A stretch of DNA of 64,000 bases from an uncultured bacterium (GTDB lineage Bacteria > Omnitrophota > Omnitrophia > Omnitrophales > Aquincolibacteriaceae). Each line of letters begins with the position of its first letter. The stretch's first letter is position 1. The notes beneath the pieces are model-generated. The model was not told the origin of the DNA. It saw nothing but the letters and a program-made list of their open reading frames with translations, and searched no databases. Location of the stretch: assembly GCA_964410905.1 (NCBI GenBank), contig CAYPIR010000003.1:15986-79985 (forward strand), given 5' to 3'. This document shows positions 1-10,968 of this stretch, in pieces. The position numbers were made by a program, and so were the translations under genes.

Positions 1-552
1 GACGAATGGCTTCCTCAAAAGTTGAAAACGCAATTGGATTTTTTTGAGGCAAATCCTGATTATCTAATTTGCCAAACGGAAGAAATATGGATACGCGGCG
101 GGGTCCGAGTAAACCCGATGAAAAAGCATAAGAAATTTGGTGGATGGATTTTTGAAAAATGTTTGCCTCTTTGCGTAATCAGCCCTTCCGCCGCAATGCT
201 TCACAAAAAACTTTTCACCGAAATCGGTTTTTTTGACGAATCGCTTCCGGCTTGCGAGGATTATGATTTATGGCTGCGCATCGCTTCACGTTATAAAGTC
301 GGGCTTATTCCAAAACCTTACATCAAAAAATACGGTGGGCATAGCGACCAACTCTCGCGCTCCTTCACGGCAATAGACCGCTTTCGGCTTCGATCTCTCG
401 CCAAAATATTAAATGAGAGTTTTTTAACTCATGAACAAGCGCGGCTCGCGGAAAAGACATTCGCGGAAAAGGCCGCTATTTATATAGAAGGAGCGGGAAA
501 ACGCGGGAAAGAATTAGAGGCAAGAAATTTCATCGCGAGTTTGTCGCGGTAA
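1..552 (+). CDS. C-terminal part of a GT2-family glycosyltransferase. The reading frame is open to the window edge, so the start lies upstream.
   Basis: Frame 1 is open from nt 1. The CEDYDLWLRI motif is typical of the GT2 C-terminal region. Confidence 0.5.
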   Translation, partial: DEWLPQKLKTQLDFFEANPDYLICQTEEIWIRGGVRVNPMKKHKKFGGWIFEKCLPLCVISPSAAMLHKKLFTEIGFFDESLPACEDYDLWLRIASRYKVGLIPKPYIKKYGGHSDQLSRSFTAIDRFRLRSLAKILNESFLTHEQARLAEKTFAEKAAIYIEGAGKRGKELEARNFIASLSR

Positions 553-557
553 ACATC

Positions 558-1529
558 TCACAAAACTTTGCTTTTGATTAACTTTTTATATTTCAATTTG
601 AATAAAATTTTTCGCGGATTCAGCCCGAACTCAAGCAGCCCTTTCCCATCTAAATATATAAGTTCCTCCCTAAAATATCTAAGCAACTCCGGCTGATTTT
701 GTTTTGGGCTTCTTTTAATATCGCGCCACTGATTCCTAAGTTTTTTGTAAATGACTTCCCGCGTCAGAAATTTTTTGACCGTCTCATCTTCATCCTTATA
801 TTTTTGCCATATATACTTAATTCCTTCAAGATGACTTTGCACGCGTTTCGGCGTAAAACTCGTATTAGAAATAGATTCTCTATTCAAAACATAATAATAA
901 AGCGGCTCATTTAAAAGAATAGTCTTGGGGCGCTTTTGATATATGGCGCAGCAAAACGGATCGTCCTCGTAATAAATCCCCGGTATAAATTCCACGCCCT
1001 GTAGAATCGTTTTCCGCCAAAGCCTCGCCCAAACATAAAAAGTCATTTTGTATTTGGAATGCTTTTTATGAAGAAAAAGAGGGTTGTCGGTAACCTGATA
1101 AGGAATTTTTGAAAAATCCGTGTATTTCTTTTCCTTATCTATGAAGCCTTTGTTATGAAAATCCCTGTCATGCTTAAACATAACGCAATCGGCGTTTTGG
1201 CTAATTACAAAAAAATGGCAAATTTCTAATAATTGACTGTGTATAAAATCGTCCGCATCGACAAAATAAACAAATTCGCCTAACGCGGCTTCAATCCCTT
1301 TGTTTCTGGCCGCGCCTGCCCCCTGATTCTTTTGCCTTATAATTTTTATCCGCGGATCTCTAGCCGCATATTCTAAGAGCAATTCCGCTGAATTATCTTG
1401 CGAGCCGTCATCTACGCAAATAATTTCTATATCTTTAAATGTTTGGTTGATAACGAAATCGAGTCCCGCCGAAAGATATTTTGAAGCGTTATAGACAGGA
1501 ATAATTACTGAAATCTTTGGGTTGGGCAT
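558..1529 (-). CDS. GT2-family glycosyltransferase
   Basis: VIIPVYN...DIEIICVDDGS...DADD motifs. The track ORF starts at a TTG at 1583. The first ATG (MPNPK) is at 1529 and is preceded by AAGGA. Confidence 0.8.
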   Translation of the reverse strand: MPNPKISVIIPVYNASKYLSAGLDFVINQTFKDIEIICVDDGSQDNSAELLLEYAARDPRIKIIRQKNQGAGAARNKGIEAALGEFVYFVDADDFIHSQLLEICHFFVISQNADCVMFKHDRDFHNKGFIDKEKKYTDFSKIPYQVTDNPLFLHKKHSKYKMTFYVWARLWRKTILQGVEFIPGIYYEDDPFCCAIYQKRPKTILLNEPLYYYVLNRESISNTSFTPKRVQSHLEGIKYIWQKYKDEDETVKKFLTREVIYKKLRNQWRDIKRSPKQNQPELLRYFREELIYLDGKGLLEFGLNPRKILFKLKYKKLIKSKVL

Positions 1530-1664
1530 AAATCCTTTTAGGTTTTTACACAGTTTATTCGATACGGCAAAAGTAATCAGCAAAAGTAATCACCGCATTT
1601 GACGCGTCGCGTTAAGCGCAATAAAATACACGCCTTTTAGAAAATCTACAACAATTGGAATAAA

Positions 1665-2351
1665 ATGAACATTCTCGCGATTGAAACTTCAAGCTCATGC
1701 CTCAGCGCCGCAATAAAAAAATCCAATCATCCTATCCGCGAGGTATCCAGCTCAAGTTATATGAAGCACGCCGAAAACCTTTTGCCCGCGATTGATAGAC
1801 TTCTCAAAAAAGAGCGTTTAAAAATAAAGGACATCGACACTTTTCTTATAGACAGAGGACCCGGCTCTTTTACGGGGCTTCGCATTGGGTTCGCGACATT
1901 AAAAGGGTTTTTAGCGACGCTTCCCAAGCCTTGCTTTGGAGCGATTTCTCTTGACCTTGTCGCCTCGAATATTTCGACAAAAAAATCCCCAAAATTTTTA
2001 GCCGTCTTAATTGACGCGTACCGGGCGAAACTTTATATGCGAATATACCAAAATAAAAATCCATTTTGGATGCCGAAAACAAAACTTCAGGTAGTATCAT
2101 ACGAAACCGCCAAAGACAAAATTCCTCAAGGCTGTCTTCTGGCAGGCAATGGAATAAAAAAAATAGTCAGCGGAAATTTACCCATCGCGAAAGAGAACTT
2201 TTGGATGCCGAAAGCCTCAACGCTTATAAAACTGTTTGAAAATGAAAATTCTGCCGTTAAGAAATTGAATCACGCGCGGGATTTTTTGCCGTTTTATGTT
2301 AGACTCTCGGAACCTGAAGAAAAATTAGCAGAGAGAAAAAAACGTGTTTAA
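1665..2351 (+). CDS. tsaB: tRNA threonylcarbamoyladenosine biosynthesis protein TsaB (YeaZ-like)
   Basis: ILAIETSS...GPGSFTGLRIG signature. Confidence 0.8.
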   Translation: MNILAIETSSSCLSAAIKKSNHPIREVSSSSYMKHAENLLPAIDRLLKKERLKIKDIDTFLIDRGPGSFTGLRIGFATLKGFLATLPKPCFGAISLDLVASNISTKKSPKFLAVLIDAYRAKLYMRIYQNKNPFWMPKTKLQVVSYETAKDKIPQGCLLAGNGIKKIVSGNLPIAKENFWMPKASTLIKLFENENSAVKKLNHARDFLPFYVRLSEPEEKLAERKKRV

Positions 2352-3471
2352 CTCCCAAAAAACAACATTAAATCATGCTTCGTGGATTGAACTAAGCCGC
2401 TCACGGCTTTTGAAAAATCTTGAAACTCTGCGGACGCGAAGCGGGCATCAAGATATTTTGGCGGTTATAAAAGCGAACGCCTACGGGCACGGGCTTCGCG
2501 AAATAGCAAAAGTCCTTGATGGAAATGTCAGTTATTTTGGCGTCGCTACTTTACGCGAAGCTCTTGAGTTAAAAGAAAATCACCCGAAAACTCCCGTGTT
2601 TTTATTTGGGCATCTTTTCTCGGAAGAATTGTCCGCGGCGCTTTTGGGCGGAATAACATTAAGCGTTTCAAGCCTTGAAAAAGCCAAAGAAATTTCCTCC
2701 CTTTCTGAAAGTTATTCGCGCAAAACGCCGGTTCATATCAAAATTGATACGGGAATGGGCAGAATGGGGATTCCTCTTAAAACCGCGCGGGAAGAAATAA
2801 ATGAAATGCGAAAATTCTCAGGTCTTTTGCTTGATGGAATTTATACGCATTTCCCCAGCGCGGAAAAAAAAGATAAAACTCTTGAAAAGCAGCTTTTGGC
2901 ATTTCAGTCGCTTGTCATTGACTTGGAAGAGCAAGGTCTTATTTTTAGATTCCGTCATGCTCAAAACAGCGCCGCCTCCGTTACCGCTAATGGAGCATTT
3001 TTAAATATGCTCAGACCGGGCATCGCGCTATACGGCATTTCACCCGATAAAGCGCTGACAGATAAAATTCATGTCTCCCCTGTCCTCTCTTTAAAAAGCC
3101 GCGTTCTTTTAACGAAAAGAATTTTGAAGGGCGAGTCAGTCGGCTACGGTCAAGCCTTTGTGGCGAAAAAAGACACTAATGTTGCCGTTGTCCCTTTTGG
3201 CTACAGTCAGGGCTATCCTTGGAGCGCGTGGCAAAATGCGTCGGTTATTTTTAAAGGAAAACATTATCCGCTGGCGGGCAAGGTTTCTATGGATTATTTG
3301 TCATTTGAACTTGGAGACTCGGAGGCGCGTGTCGGTGATGTTGTAACATTAATTGGCGAAGAAGGAAATGAACGCGTTGGCGCGGATAATTGGGCGGATT
3401 GGGCAAATACAAGCCCTTATGAGATCGTAACGCGTCTAAACCCGCATATTCCACGAGTTGTAGTAGACTAA
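2344..3471 (+). CDS. alr: alanine racemase
   Basis: VIKANAYGHG PLP-lysine motif. 375 aa. GTG start overlapping the tsaB end. Confidence 0.85.
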   Translation: MFNSQKTTLNHASWIELSRSRLLKNLETLRTRSGHQDILAVIKANAYGHGLREIAKVLDGNVSYFGVATLREALELKENHPKTPVFLFGHLFSEELSAALLGGITLSVSSLEKAKEISSLSESYSRKTPVHIKIDTGMGRMGIPLKTAREEINEMRKFSGLLLDGIYTHFPSAEKKDKTLEKQLLAFQSLVIDLEEQGLIFRFRHAQNSAASVTANGAFLNMLRPGIALYGISPDKALTDKIHVSPVLSLKSRVLLTKRILKGESVGYGQAFVAKKDTNVAVVPFGYSQGYPWSAWQNASVIFKGKHYPLAGKVSMDYLSFELGDSEARVGDVVTLIGEEGNERVGADNWADWANTSPYEIVTRLNPHIPRVVVD

Positions 3472-3473
3472 AA

Positions 3474-4022
3474 ATGCTGCCGTTTCGTATTGAAAAATTA
3501 GATGAAGTCACATCGACAAACACGCTTCTTTTAGCACGGGCAAACGACGGCGAACCGGAAGGGCTTGTTCTTTTAGCAAACTCTCAAACCGCGGGACACG
3601 GCAAATTGGGCAGAAAATGGATTTCGCCGGCTGGGAAAAATTTGCTTTTTTCAATTTTACTTCGTCCGCCGATTGCCCCGTCCCAGTCGCCTATGCTGAC
3701 TCAAATTGCGTGCCGAGCGGTTGCCGATGTCTTGGAAAAAAAATATGCCGTCTCAACGCGATTTAAAAAACCAAATGATGTTATGTTTGGAGAAAAGAAA
3801 CTTTGCGGGACGCTTGTCGAAGCATTATCTACTTCCACAAAATTAGACGCCGTTGTGATTGGTATCGGTTTAAATGTGAATGCCGATTTGATTGAATTGC
3901 CACCAGCGGCGACTTCTATGAAAGCCATAAAAGGCGCGTCTTATGACTTAGACGAGGTTTTGAGGTTTATTTTGGAGGAAATAAGGCTAAAAGTGGTCGG
4001 TTTATACAAGAATATGAACTAA
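3474..4022 (+). CDS. birA: biotin--protein ligase, catalytic domain only (no N-terminal HTH)
   Basis: SQTAGHGKLGRKW motif (GRGRxGRxW-type). 182 aa. Confidence 0.75.
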   Translation: MLPFRIEKLDEVTSTNTLLLARANDGEPEGLVLLANSQTAGHGKLGRKWISPAGKNLLFSILLRPPIAPSQSPMLTQIACRAVADVLEKKYAVSTRFKKPNDVMFGEKKLCGTLVEALSTSTKLDAVVIGIGLNVNADLIELPPAATSMKAIKGASYDLDEVLRFILEEIRLKVVGLYKNMN

Positions 4023-4076
4023 ATAAGATATTAAATCCCTAAAATACGACCTATAAACTGAATAAGTGGTAAAAAT

Positions 4077-4841
4077 ATGAAAAAAATAGAAAAAGAAATT
4101 TTACTCACAATAGACATTGGAAACACGCTAGCCAAAACAGGTCTGTTTATAAACGGTTCGCTCAAATCATTTTTCAGTCTAAATTATAATGAAATCCCAA
4201 AATACATAGAAAAAATAGCTGCGAGTGGTAAAAAAAATCAAATAAACATAATTATTTCATCCGTTATCCCTAAAATCACCTCTTTTGTTTTGGATAAAAT
4301 AAGAAGAATAAAGGCAAATATCGCCATTTCTGTAGCCGGTAGAGACATTCCAATTACTTTAAAGCATAAATACAAAAATTACGCGGCGCTTGGGTTGGAC
4401 CGCAAAGTAAACGCGTATGGGGCAATAAAAATCTATGGTTCACCTATCATTGTTGTCGACTTAGGCACAGCCATTACTTTCGATTACATAGATAAAAACG
4501 AGATTTTTCAAGGTGGACTTATCATCCCGGGCCCGCAAACCGCCCTTTCCGCGTTAGGAGAAAAAACCGCTCTTCTTCCTCGGATAGCCTTATCAGGAAA
4601 AAACTCATCCGCCATGCTCGGCCGCGACACAAAATCATGCATGACATCCGGGATTTTACAAGGCTTCGGCGCGATGCTGGACGAATTGATTGAACGCTAT
4701 AGAACTCGTTATGGCAAAAATATATTAACGATCGCCACCGGCGGGCTTTCCGAAGCGGTTTTTCCCTATACAAAAAAAATCAATCTGCTGGACAAAGAAC
4801 ATTCAGCGCGATCTCTTTATCTAATCTGGAAAAACCGCTAA
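4077..4841 (+). CDS. coaX: type III pantothenate kinase
   Basis: N-terminal IDIGNT and GGLIIPG...TALLP motifs. 254 aa. Confidence 0.85.
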   Translation: MKKIEKEILLTIDIGNTLAKTGLFINGSLKSFFSLNYNEIPKYIEKIAASGKKNQINIIISSVIPKITSFVLDKIRRIKANIAISVAGRDIPITLKHKYKNYAALGLDRKVNAYGAIKIYGSPIIVVDLGTAITFDYIDKNEIFQGGLIIPGPQTALSALGEKTALLPRIALSGKNSSAMLGRDTKSCMTSGILQGFGAMLDELIERYRTRYGKNILTIATGGLSEAVFPYTKKINLLDKEHSARSLYLIWKNR

Positions 4842-4847
4842 GGCGGG

Positions 4848-5090
4848 AATTGTAAAAATCAGTAATTTCGTAGACAGATTTTGATACTCGGTCATCCTGC
4901 GCGTTGTTTTTCAACGTCGCAGAATGACATAGACATAACGGACAAGCACCGAAGACACTTCGCCGTTTCGTGCCAACCATTGAGGATTGGCGCAGCCAAC
5001 CGTAAGGCTGCGGCACTTCCTGTAAAAGTTAATGCAAAGCCTATTAAACTTATTGACTTTTTTAATCAAATAAATAAAATGCCGCCTTCA
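4848..5090. repeat. MITE-like repeat, copy A. The left terminal inverted repeat is intact and the right end is degenerate.
   Basis: Starts gaattgtaaaaatcagtaatttcgtagacagattt. Internal modules (cttcgccgtttcgtgccaa...attgg..gcagccaaccgtaagg) are shared with the copies at 44274, 47559 and 13925. Confidence 0.5.
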
Positions 5091-5117
5091 TTGGCACTCG
5101 CACGCTTGGAGTGCTAA
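5091..5117 (+). promoter_or_regulatory. CIRCE operator (HrcA site) upstream of groEL
   Basis: ttggcactc-N9-gagtgctaa. Consensus is TTAGCACTC-N9-GAGTGCTAA. Confidence 0.8.
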
Positions 5118-5168
5118 TTCTGCAACAAAATCAAATTTGTTTTCTTTTTAAATCAACCTGTTCAATAA

Positions 5169-6866
<1,698 letters not shown>

Positions 6867-6879
6867 CCTAGATTCTAAT

Positions 6880-6908
6880 TTAGCGCGGTATTTTAAATAC
6901 CGCGCTAG
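6880..6908. repeat. near-perfect 12-bp-arm palindrome between groEL1 and groES
   Basis: agcgcggtattt-t-aaataccgcgct. No T-run follows. Reads loosely as ttagcgcgg-N11-ccgcgctag. Confidence 0.4.
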
Positions 6909-6950
6909 CTTAATTTAAAAATAAAACCATTAAATCAAGGAGAAATAAAA

Positions 6951-7238
6951 ATGAAAGTGAGACCTTTAGCAGACCGAGTGCTTGTTGAAATCTTAGAAGC
7001 CGAAGAAAAAACAAAAGGAGGAATTATTCTTCCCGATACGGCGAAAGAAGAAAAAACTGAAGGCAAAATCATCGCTGTGGGTTCTGGAAAAACACTAGAA
7101 TCCGGAAAAGTTCAAACGATTGAAGTCAAAAAAGGCGACCGCGTATTGTTTGGAAAATATTCCGGAGACGACATCGTAATTGACGGCGTAAAGCACAAGA
7201 TTTTGAAAGAAAGCGAAATTTTGGCAGTTTACGAATAA
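6951..7238 (+). CDS. groES: co-chaperonin GroES
   Basis: 95 aa, [19 protein letters not shown] Shine-Dalgarno. Confidence 0.95.
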   Translation: MKVRPLADRVLVEILEAEEKTKGGIILPDTAKEEKTEGKIIAVGSGKTLESGKVQTIEVKKGDRVLFGKYSGDDIVIDGVKHKILKESEILAVYE

Positions 7239-7270
7239 CAAATTCTTGTTAAACCAAAGGAGCAGTTAAA

Positions 7271-8899
7271 ATGGCAAAAATTATTTCCTATTCCGAGGAA
7301 GCGCGCCAAAAAGTAAAACGCGGCATGGACATTCTCGCGCGCGCAGTCAGCGTTACATTGGGACCGCGCGGAAGAAATGTTGTTATCGATAAAAAATTCG
7401 GCGCTCCGCTTGTTACAAAAGACGGCGTTACCGTCGCTAAAGAAGTCGAATTAAAAGATCCGTATGAAAATATGGGCGCACAAATGGTTCGTGAAGTCGC
7501 CGAAAAAACTTCTGATAATGCCGGAGACGGAACGACGACCGCCACAGTTTTGGCTCAGGCGATTGTTTCAGAAGGCTTAAAAAACGTTACGGCAGGCGCA
7601 AATCCCATGGCGCTAAAGCGCGGCATTGATAAAGCGGCGGAAAAAATTGTGGAAACCATTAAAAAAATGTCAAAGTCCGTAAAAGGCAAAGATGACATTA
7701 CCGCAGTTGGCGCGATCAGCGCTAACAACGATTCTTCTATCGGGCAGCTTTTGGCTGACGCTCTTGAAAAAGTCGGCAAAGAAGGCGTTATAACGGTAGA
7801 AGAAGCCAAAGGGCTTAAGACAGAACTCGAAGTCGTTGAGGGTATGCAGTTTGATCGAGGATATTCTTCTCCATACTTTGCGACCGACACGGAACGAATG
7901 GAAGTGGTTTTAAAAGACCCTTACATTCTTCTTTTCGAGAAAAAAATCACCGCGGTAAAAGACCTTGTTCCCGTACTGGAAAAAGTTGCGGGGCTAGGCA
8001 AGCCTCTCCTCATTATCTCTGAAGATATTGAGGGAGAAGCGCTCGCGACACTTGTCGTAAACAAAATCCGCGGAGTGCTTCAAATCGCGGCAGTTAAGGC
8101 GCCAGGTTTTGGCGATCGCCGCAAAGCAATTATGGAAGATATTGCGGTTCTTACAAAAGGTAAGTTTATCTCCGAAGACCTTGGAGTGAAACTTGAGAAC
8201 GTAGAACTCGATCAGCTCGGAACGGCTGCGCGCGTTGTCATCGACAAAGATAATACAACTATCGTTGGCGGAGCTGGTTCGCAAAAAGACATTAAGGCTC
8301 GGCTTGAAGCGATTCGCGCGGAAATCGAGCGCTCGGATTCTGATTACGATAAAGAAAAACTTCAAGAACGCCTCGCGAAACTTTCCGGCGGCGTTGCCGT
8401 TGTGAAAGTCGGAGCCGCGACTGAAGTTGAGATGAAGGAAATGAAAGCGCGCATTGAAGACGCTCTTCACGCAACTCGCGCGGCAATCGAAGAAGGCATT
8501 GTCCCGGGAGGCGGAGTAGCGCTTCTTCGCGCAATTTCCGCTCTTGATGATGTCCGGGTAAAAGGCGACGAAGCAACAGGCGTTCAAATTGTCCGTCGCG
8601 CGCTTCAGGAGCCAGCGCGCAAAATCGCTTCCAATGCCGGCTTTGACGGTTCCGTTGTTGTCAAAAAAGTTTTAGACGGTAAAGGAGATTTTGGATTCAA
8701 CGCGCTTACTTGCGAATACGAAAACTTGGTTGAAGCAAAGGTCATCGACCCCGGCAAAGTTGTTCGTGTCGCCGTAGAAAATGCTTGCAGTATTGCAGGT
8801 CTTATTCTCACCACGGAATGTGTTGTGGCGGATAAGCCTAAGGAAGTTAAGGACGAGGATAAGAAAAAATCCTCCAATTACTCGGGCAGCATCGAGTAA
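7271..8899 (+). CDS. groEL: chaperonin GroEL, paralog 2, no GGM tail
   Basis: About 70% aa identity to paralog 1. AAAGGAG Shine-Dalgarno. Confidence 0.95.
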   Translation: MAKIISYSEEARQKVKRGMDILARAVSVTLGPRGRNVVIDKKFGAPLVTKDGVTVAKEVELKDPYENMGAQMVREVAEKTSDNAGDGTTTATVLAQAIVSEGLKNVTAGANPMALKRGIDKAAEKIVETIKKMSKSVKGKDDITAVGAISANNDSSIGQLLADALEKVGKEGVITVEEAKGLKTELEVVEGMQFDRGYSSPYFATDTERMEVVLKDPYILLFEKKITAVKDLVPVLEKVAGLGKPLLIISEDIEGEALATLVVNKIRGVLQIAAVKAPGFGDRRKAIMEDIAVLTKGKFISEDLGVKLENVELDQLGTAARVVIDKDNTTIVGGAGSQKDIKARLEAIRAEIERSDSDYDKEKLQERLAKLSGGVAVVKVGAATEVEMKEMKARIEDALHATRAAIEEGIVPGGGVALLRAISALDDVRVKGDEATGVQIVRRALQEPARKIASNAGFDGSVVVKKVLDGKGDFGFNALTCEYENLVEAKVIDPGKVVRVAVENACSIAGLILTTECVVADKPKEVKDEDKKKSSNYSGSIE

Positions 8900-8919
8900 C
8901 AAGCCGCGTTAAACAAAAA

Positions 8920-8956
8920 GCGGAGTTGCGACAAAATCGCAATTCCGCTTTTTTTC
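8920..8956 (+). terminator. rho-independent terminator after groEL2
   Basis: gcggagttgcga-caaaa-tcgcaattccgc followed by T7. Confidence 0.6.
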
Positions 8957-8970
8957 TTTCCTCCAGCCTC

Positions 8971-9120
8971 TCATTTAACTTTGTCGGTTTTAAGAACTTT
9001 GAGAGCCTTGTTAACGCCATTAGCGGTTAATACCGTGTAACCTTCTGTTTAAAAATGAGCTTTTAAAATGTCCGCGATTTCTTCAGCATCATCAACGATA
9101 AGTATGGTTTGATTATCCAT
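8971..9120 (-). pseudogene. remnant of a response-regulator receiver domain, with an in-frame TAA and a truncated C-terminus
   Basis: Translates as MDNQTILIVDDAEEIADILKAHF*TEGYTVLTANGVNKALKVLKTDKVK*. This looks like a CheY-like N-terminal half. Confidence 0.35.
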
Positions 9121-9125
9121 AAAAA

Positions 9126-10364
9126 CTACCGCCGTCTTCTCCTAAATGAAGCTGATAAAAAACTTCGTGATTTTCGACCGCCAAACGAAGCTATTTTTAT
9201 CGGCTTGCGCTCTATCAACTTTTCTATAGGCATTTCGGGATGTTCTGATATGGGAAGCGCCATCCGCATTAACTTTTCTATTTCTTTTACTTCTTTCCAC
9301 TGTTCAGGCGTGGCAAACGAAATGGCATGCCCTTTGTCGCCGATACGGCCAGTCCTGCCGATTCGGTGAATATAATTTTCCGCTTCATCCGGCAAATCGT
9401 AATTAATAACAAGTTCTATCGCCCTAACATCAATGCCTCGCGCGGCAATATCCGTTGCTACTAAAACGCGATACTTCCCTGTCTTGAATCCTTCAAGAGC
9501 TTCGCGCCGCTGCGCCAGTGACCTGTCTGAATGAATTTCAGCCACGCGCTGTCCGTCGCCGCGCATTGCCTTGGTGATTTTATACGCTCCAATTTTTGTT
9601 CTGGAAAATATCAATATTGTGCCGTGATATTGCGTTAGAATCTTTTTGAGAAGTTCTCTTTTAGATTCTTGCCGGACAACAAAAACCTCTTGAGTAATTT
9701 TTTCCGCCACCGTCCCCGATTTCGCTATTTCGATGGAAACCGGCAACTTCATTTGGCTTGTCGCCATTTTCATAATAGCTTCAGGCATAGTCGCTGAAAA
9801 AAGCATCGTTTGCCTCTCTTTGGGCACTTCATTTAAAATCCGTTTAATTTGCGGAGCAAAACCCATATCAAGCATTCTGTCCGCCTCATCAAGCACTAAC
9901 ATACTCACCTGATTTAAATACACATATCGCTCGCTCATATGATCAATAAGTCTTCCGGGTGTGGCGATAATCACGCGCGGCTGTTTGGCCAAATCTCTTA
10001 TTTGATTGCCCATCGACGCCCCGCCCACAAGCACCGCGTATTTAATTTTTGAATCTATTTTGATAAAACTCTGATGAACTTGATAAGCAAGCTCTCTAGT
10101 CGGAACAAGAACAAGTCCGCGTCCTTTCCCCTGAGAAAGCCTTTGTAGCATTGGTATGCCAAAAGCCATTGTTTTGCCAGTCCCTGTTTGCGCGATGCCG
10201 ATAACATCTTTGCCCTCAACGGCAATAGGAATGGATTTTAACTGTATAGGCGTTGGAACTTTAAAATGGTTTTTCTCCAGCGTTTCCAAAATATGCGGAG
10301 ATATGCCAAGCCCTAAAAAACTTGCCGGTGTTGGAGGCTCTGCTGCAGGATGCAAATGCGTCAT
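9126..10364 (-). CDS. DEAD-box ATP-dependent RNA helicase
   Basis: AQTGTGKT, PTRELA, VLDEADRML, SAT and HRIGRTGR motifs. First ATG at 10364. The track start at 10394 is TTG. Confidence 0.85.
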   Translation of the reverse strand: MTHLHPAAEPPTPASFLGLGISPHILETLEKNHFKVPTPIQLKSIPIAVEGKDVIGIAQTGTGKTMAFGIPMLQRLSQGKGRGLVLVPTRELAYQVHQSFIKIDSKIKYAVLVGGASMGNQIRDLAKQPRVIIATPGRLIDHMSERYVYLNQVSMLVLDEADRMLDMGFAPQIKRILNEVPKERQTMLFSATMPEAIMKMATSQMKLPVSIEIAKSGTVAEKITQEVFVVRQESKRELLKKILTQYHGTILIFSRTKIGAYKITKAMRGDGQRVAEIHSDRSLAQRREALEGFKTGKYRVLVATDIAARGIDVRAIELVINYDLPDEAENYIHRIGRTGRIGDKGHAISFATPEQWKEVKEIEKLMRMALPISEHPEMPIEKLIERKPIKIASFGGRKSRSFLSASFRRRRR

Positions 10365-10968
10365 ATAACTCTTTTCTGTTGTTTTGCTTTTCAACTCAAT
10401 TGTCGCTGTTTAGTTACGGCTATTTTTATTCAAAGGCGTATAGATAAAAACGATTTTTTTATGTGAAATGAAACTTTCTTATCGCCGCGTTATCATAAAT
10501 TAGTTCGTTTAAAATCAATACCTTAAAAGAGGCGTTATGAAACCATTCATTGCAAAACATTTAGTTTTTATCTCGCTTTTCACCGCCGCGTTTGTAATGT
10601 CGTAGTCGACAGAAGAGCTGGCGCAAGTAGCAGCTGCTCAGATTACGTCTGCAACACAAAACGAGCAGCCATAAAAAACAACTGTGATTACAGTCCCGAA
10701 TCCAAAAGGGAGTTATATTCCTGTAATCCTTCAAAAATATAGCGGTAGATATGTGAGGCCAAATGACGAGGTTTATTCCGATTATCCAACTATCGAACAA
10801 CCAAAAGCGATGTATGCCATTCCATCCGCTTCAGCAAGCAAACAAAACACATAAAAACAGGTATGCATGTCAGCTAATTCATGGGCAGATTTAATCCTAA
10901 AGTCATCTTTGCAAAAATCAAAGACGGAATAAATCAATTCTGTGAAGAAGTTTTTATTTCAAAAACTA

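Noticed and set aside
8971-10855. Possibility that the in-frame TAA/TAG codons in the receiver remnant and the small secreted ORF reflect stop-codon reassignment or programmed readthrough.
   Set aside because: TAA, TAG and TGA each terminate well-supported genes in the window. For example groEL, the helicase and truA end at the expected conserved C-termini. Pseudogenisation is the simpler reading.
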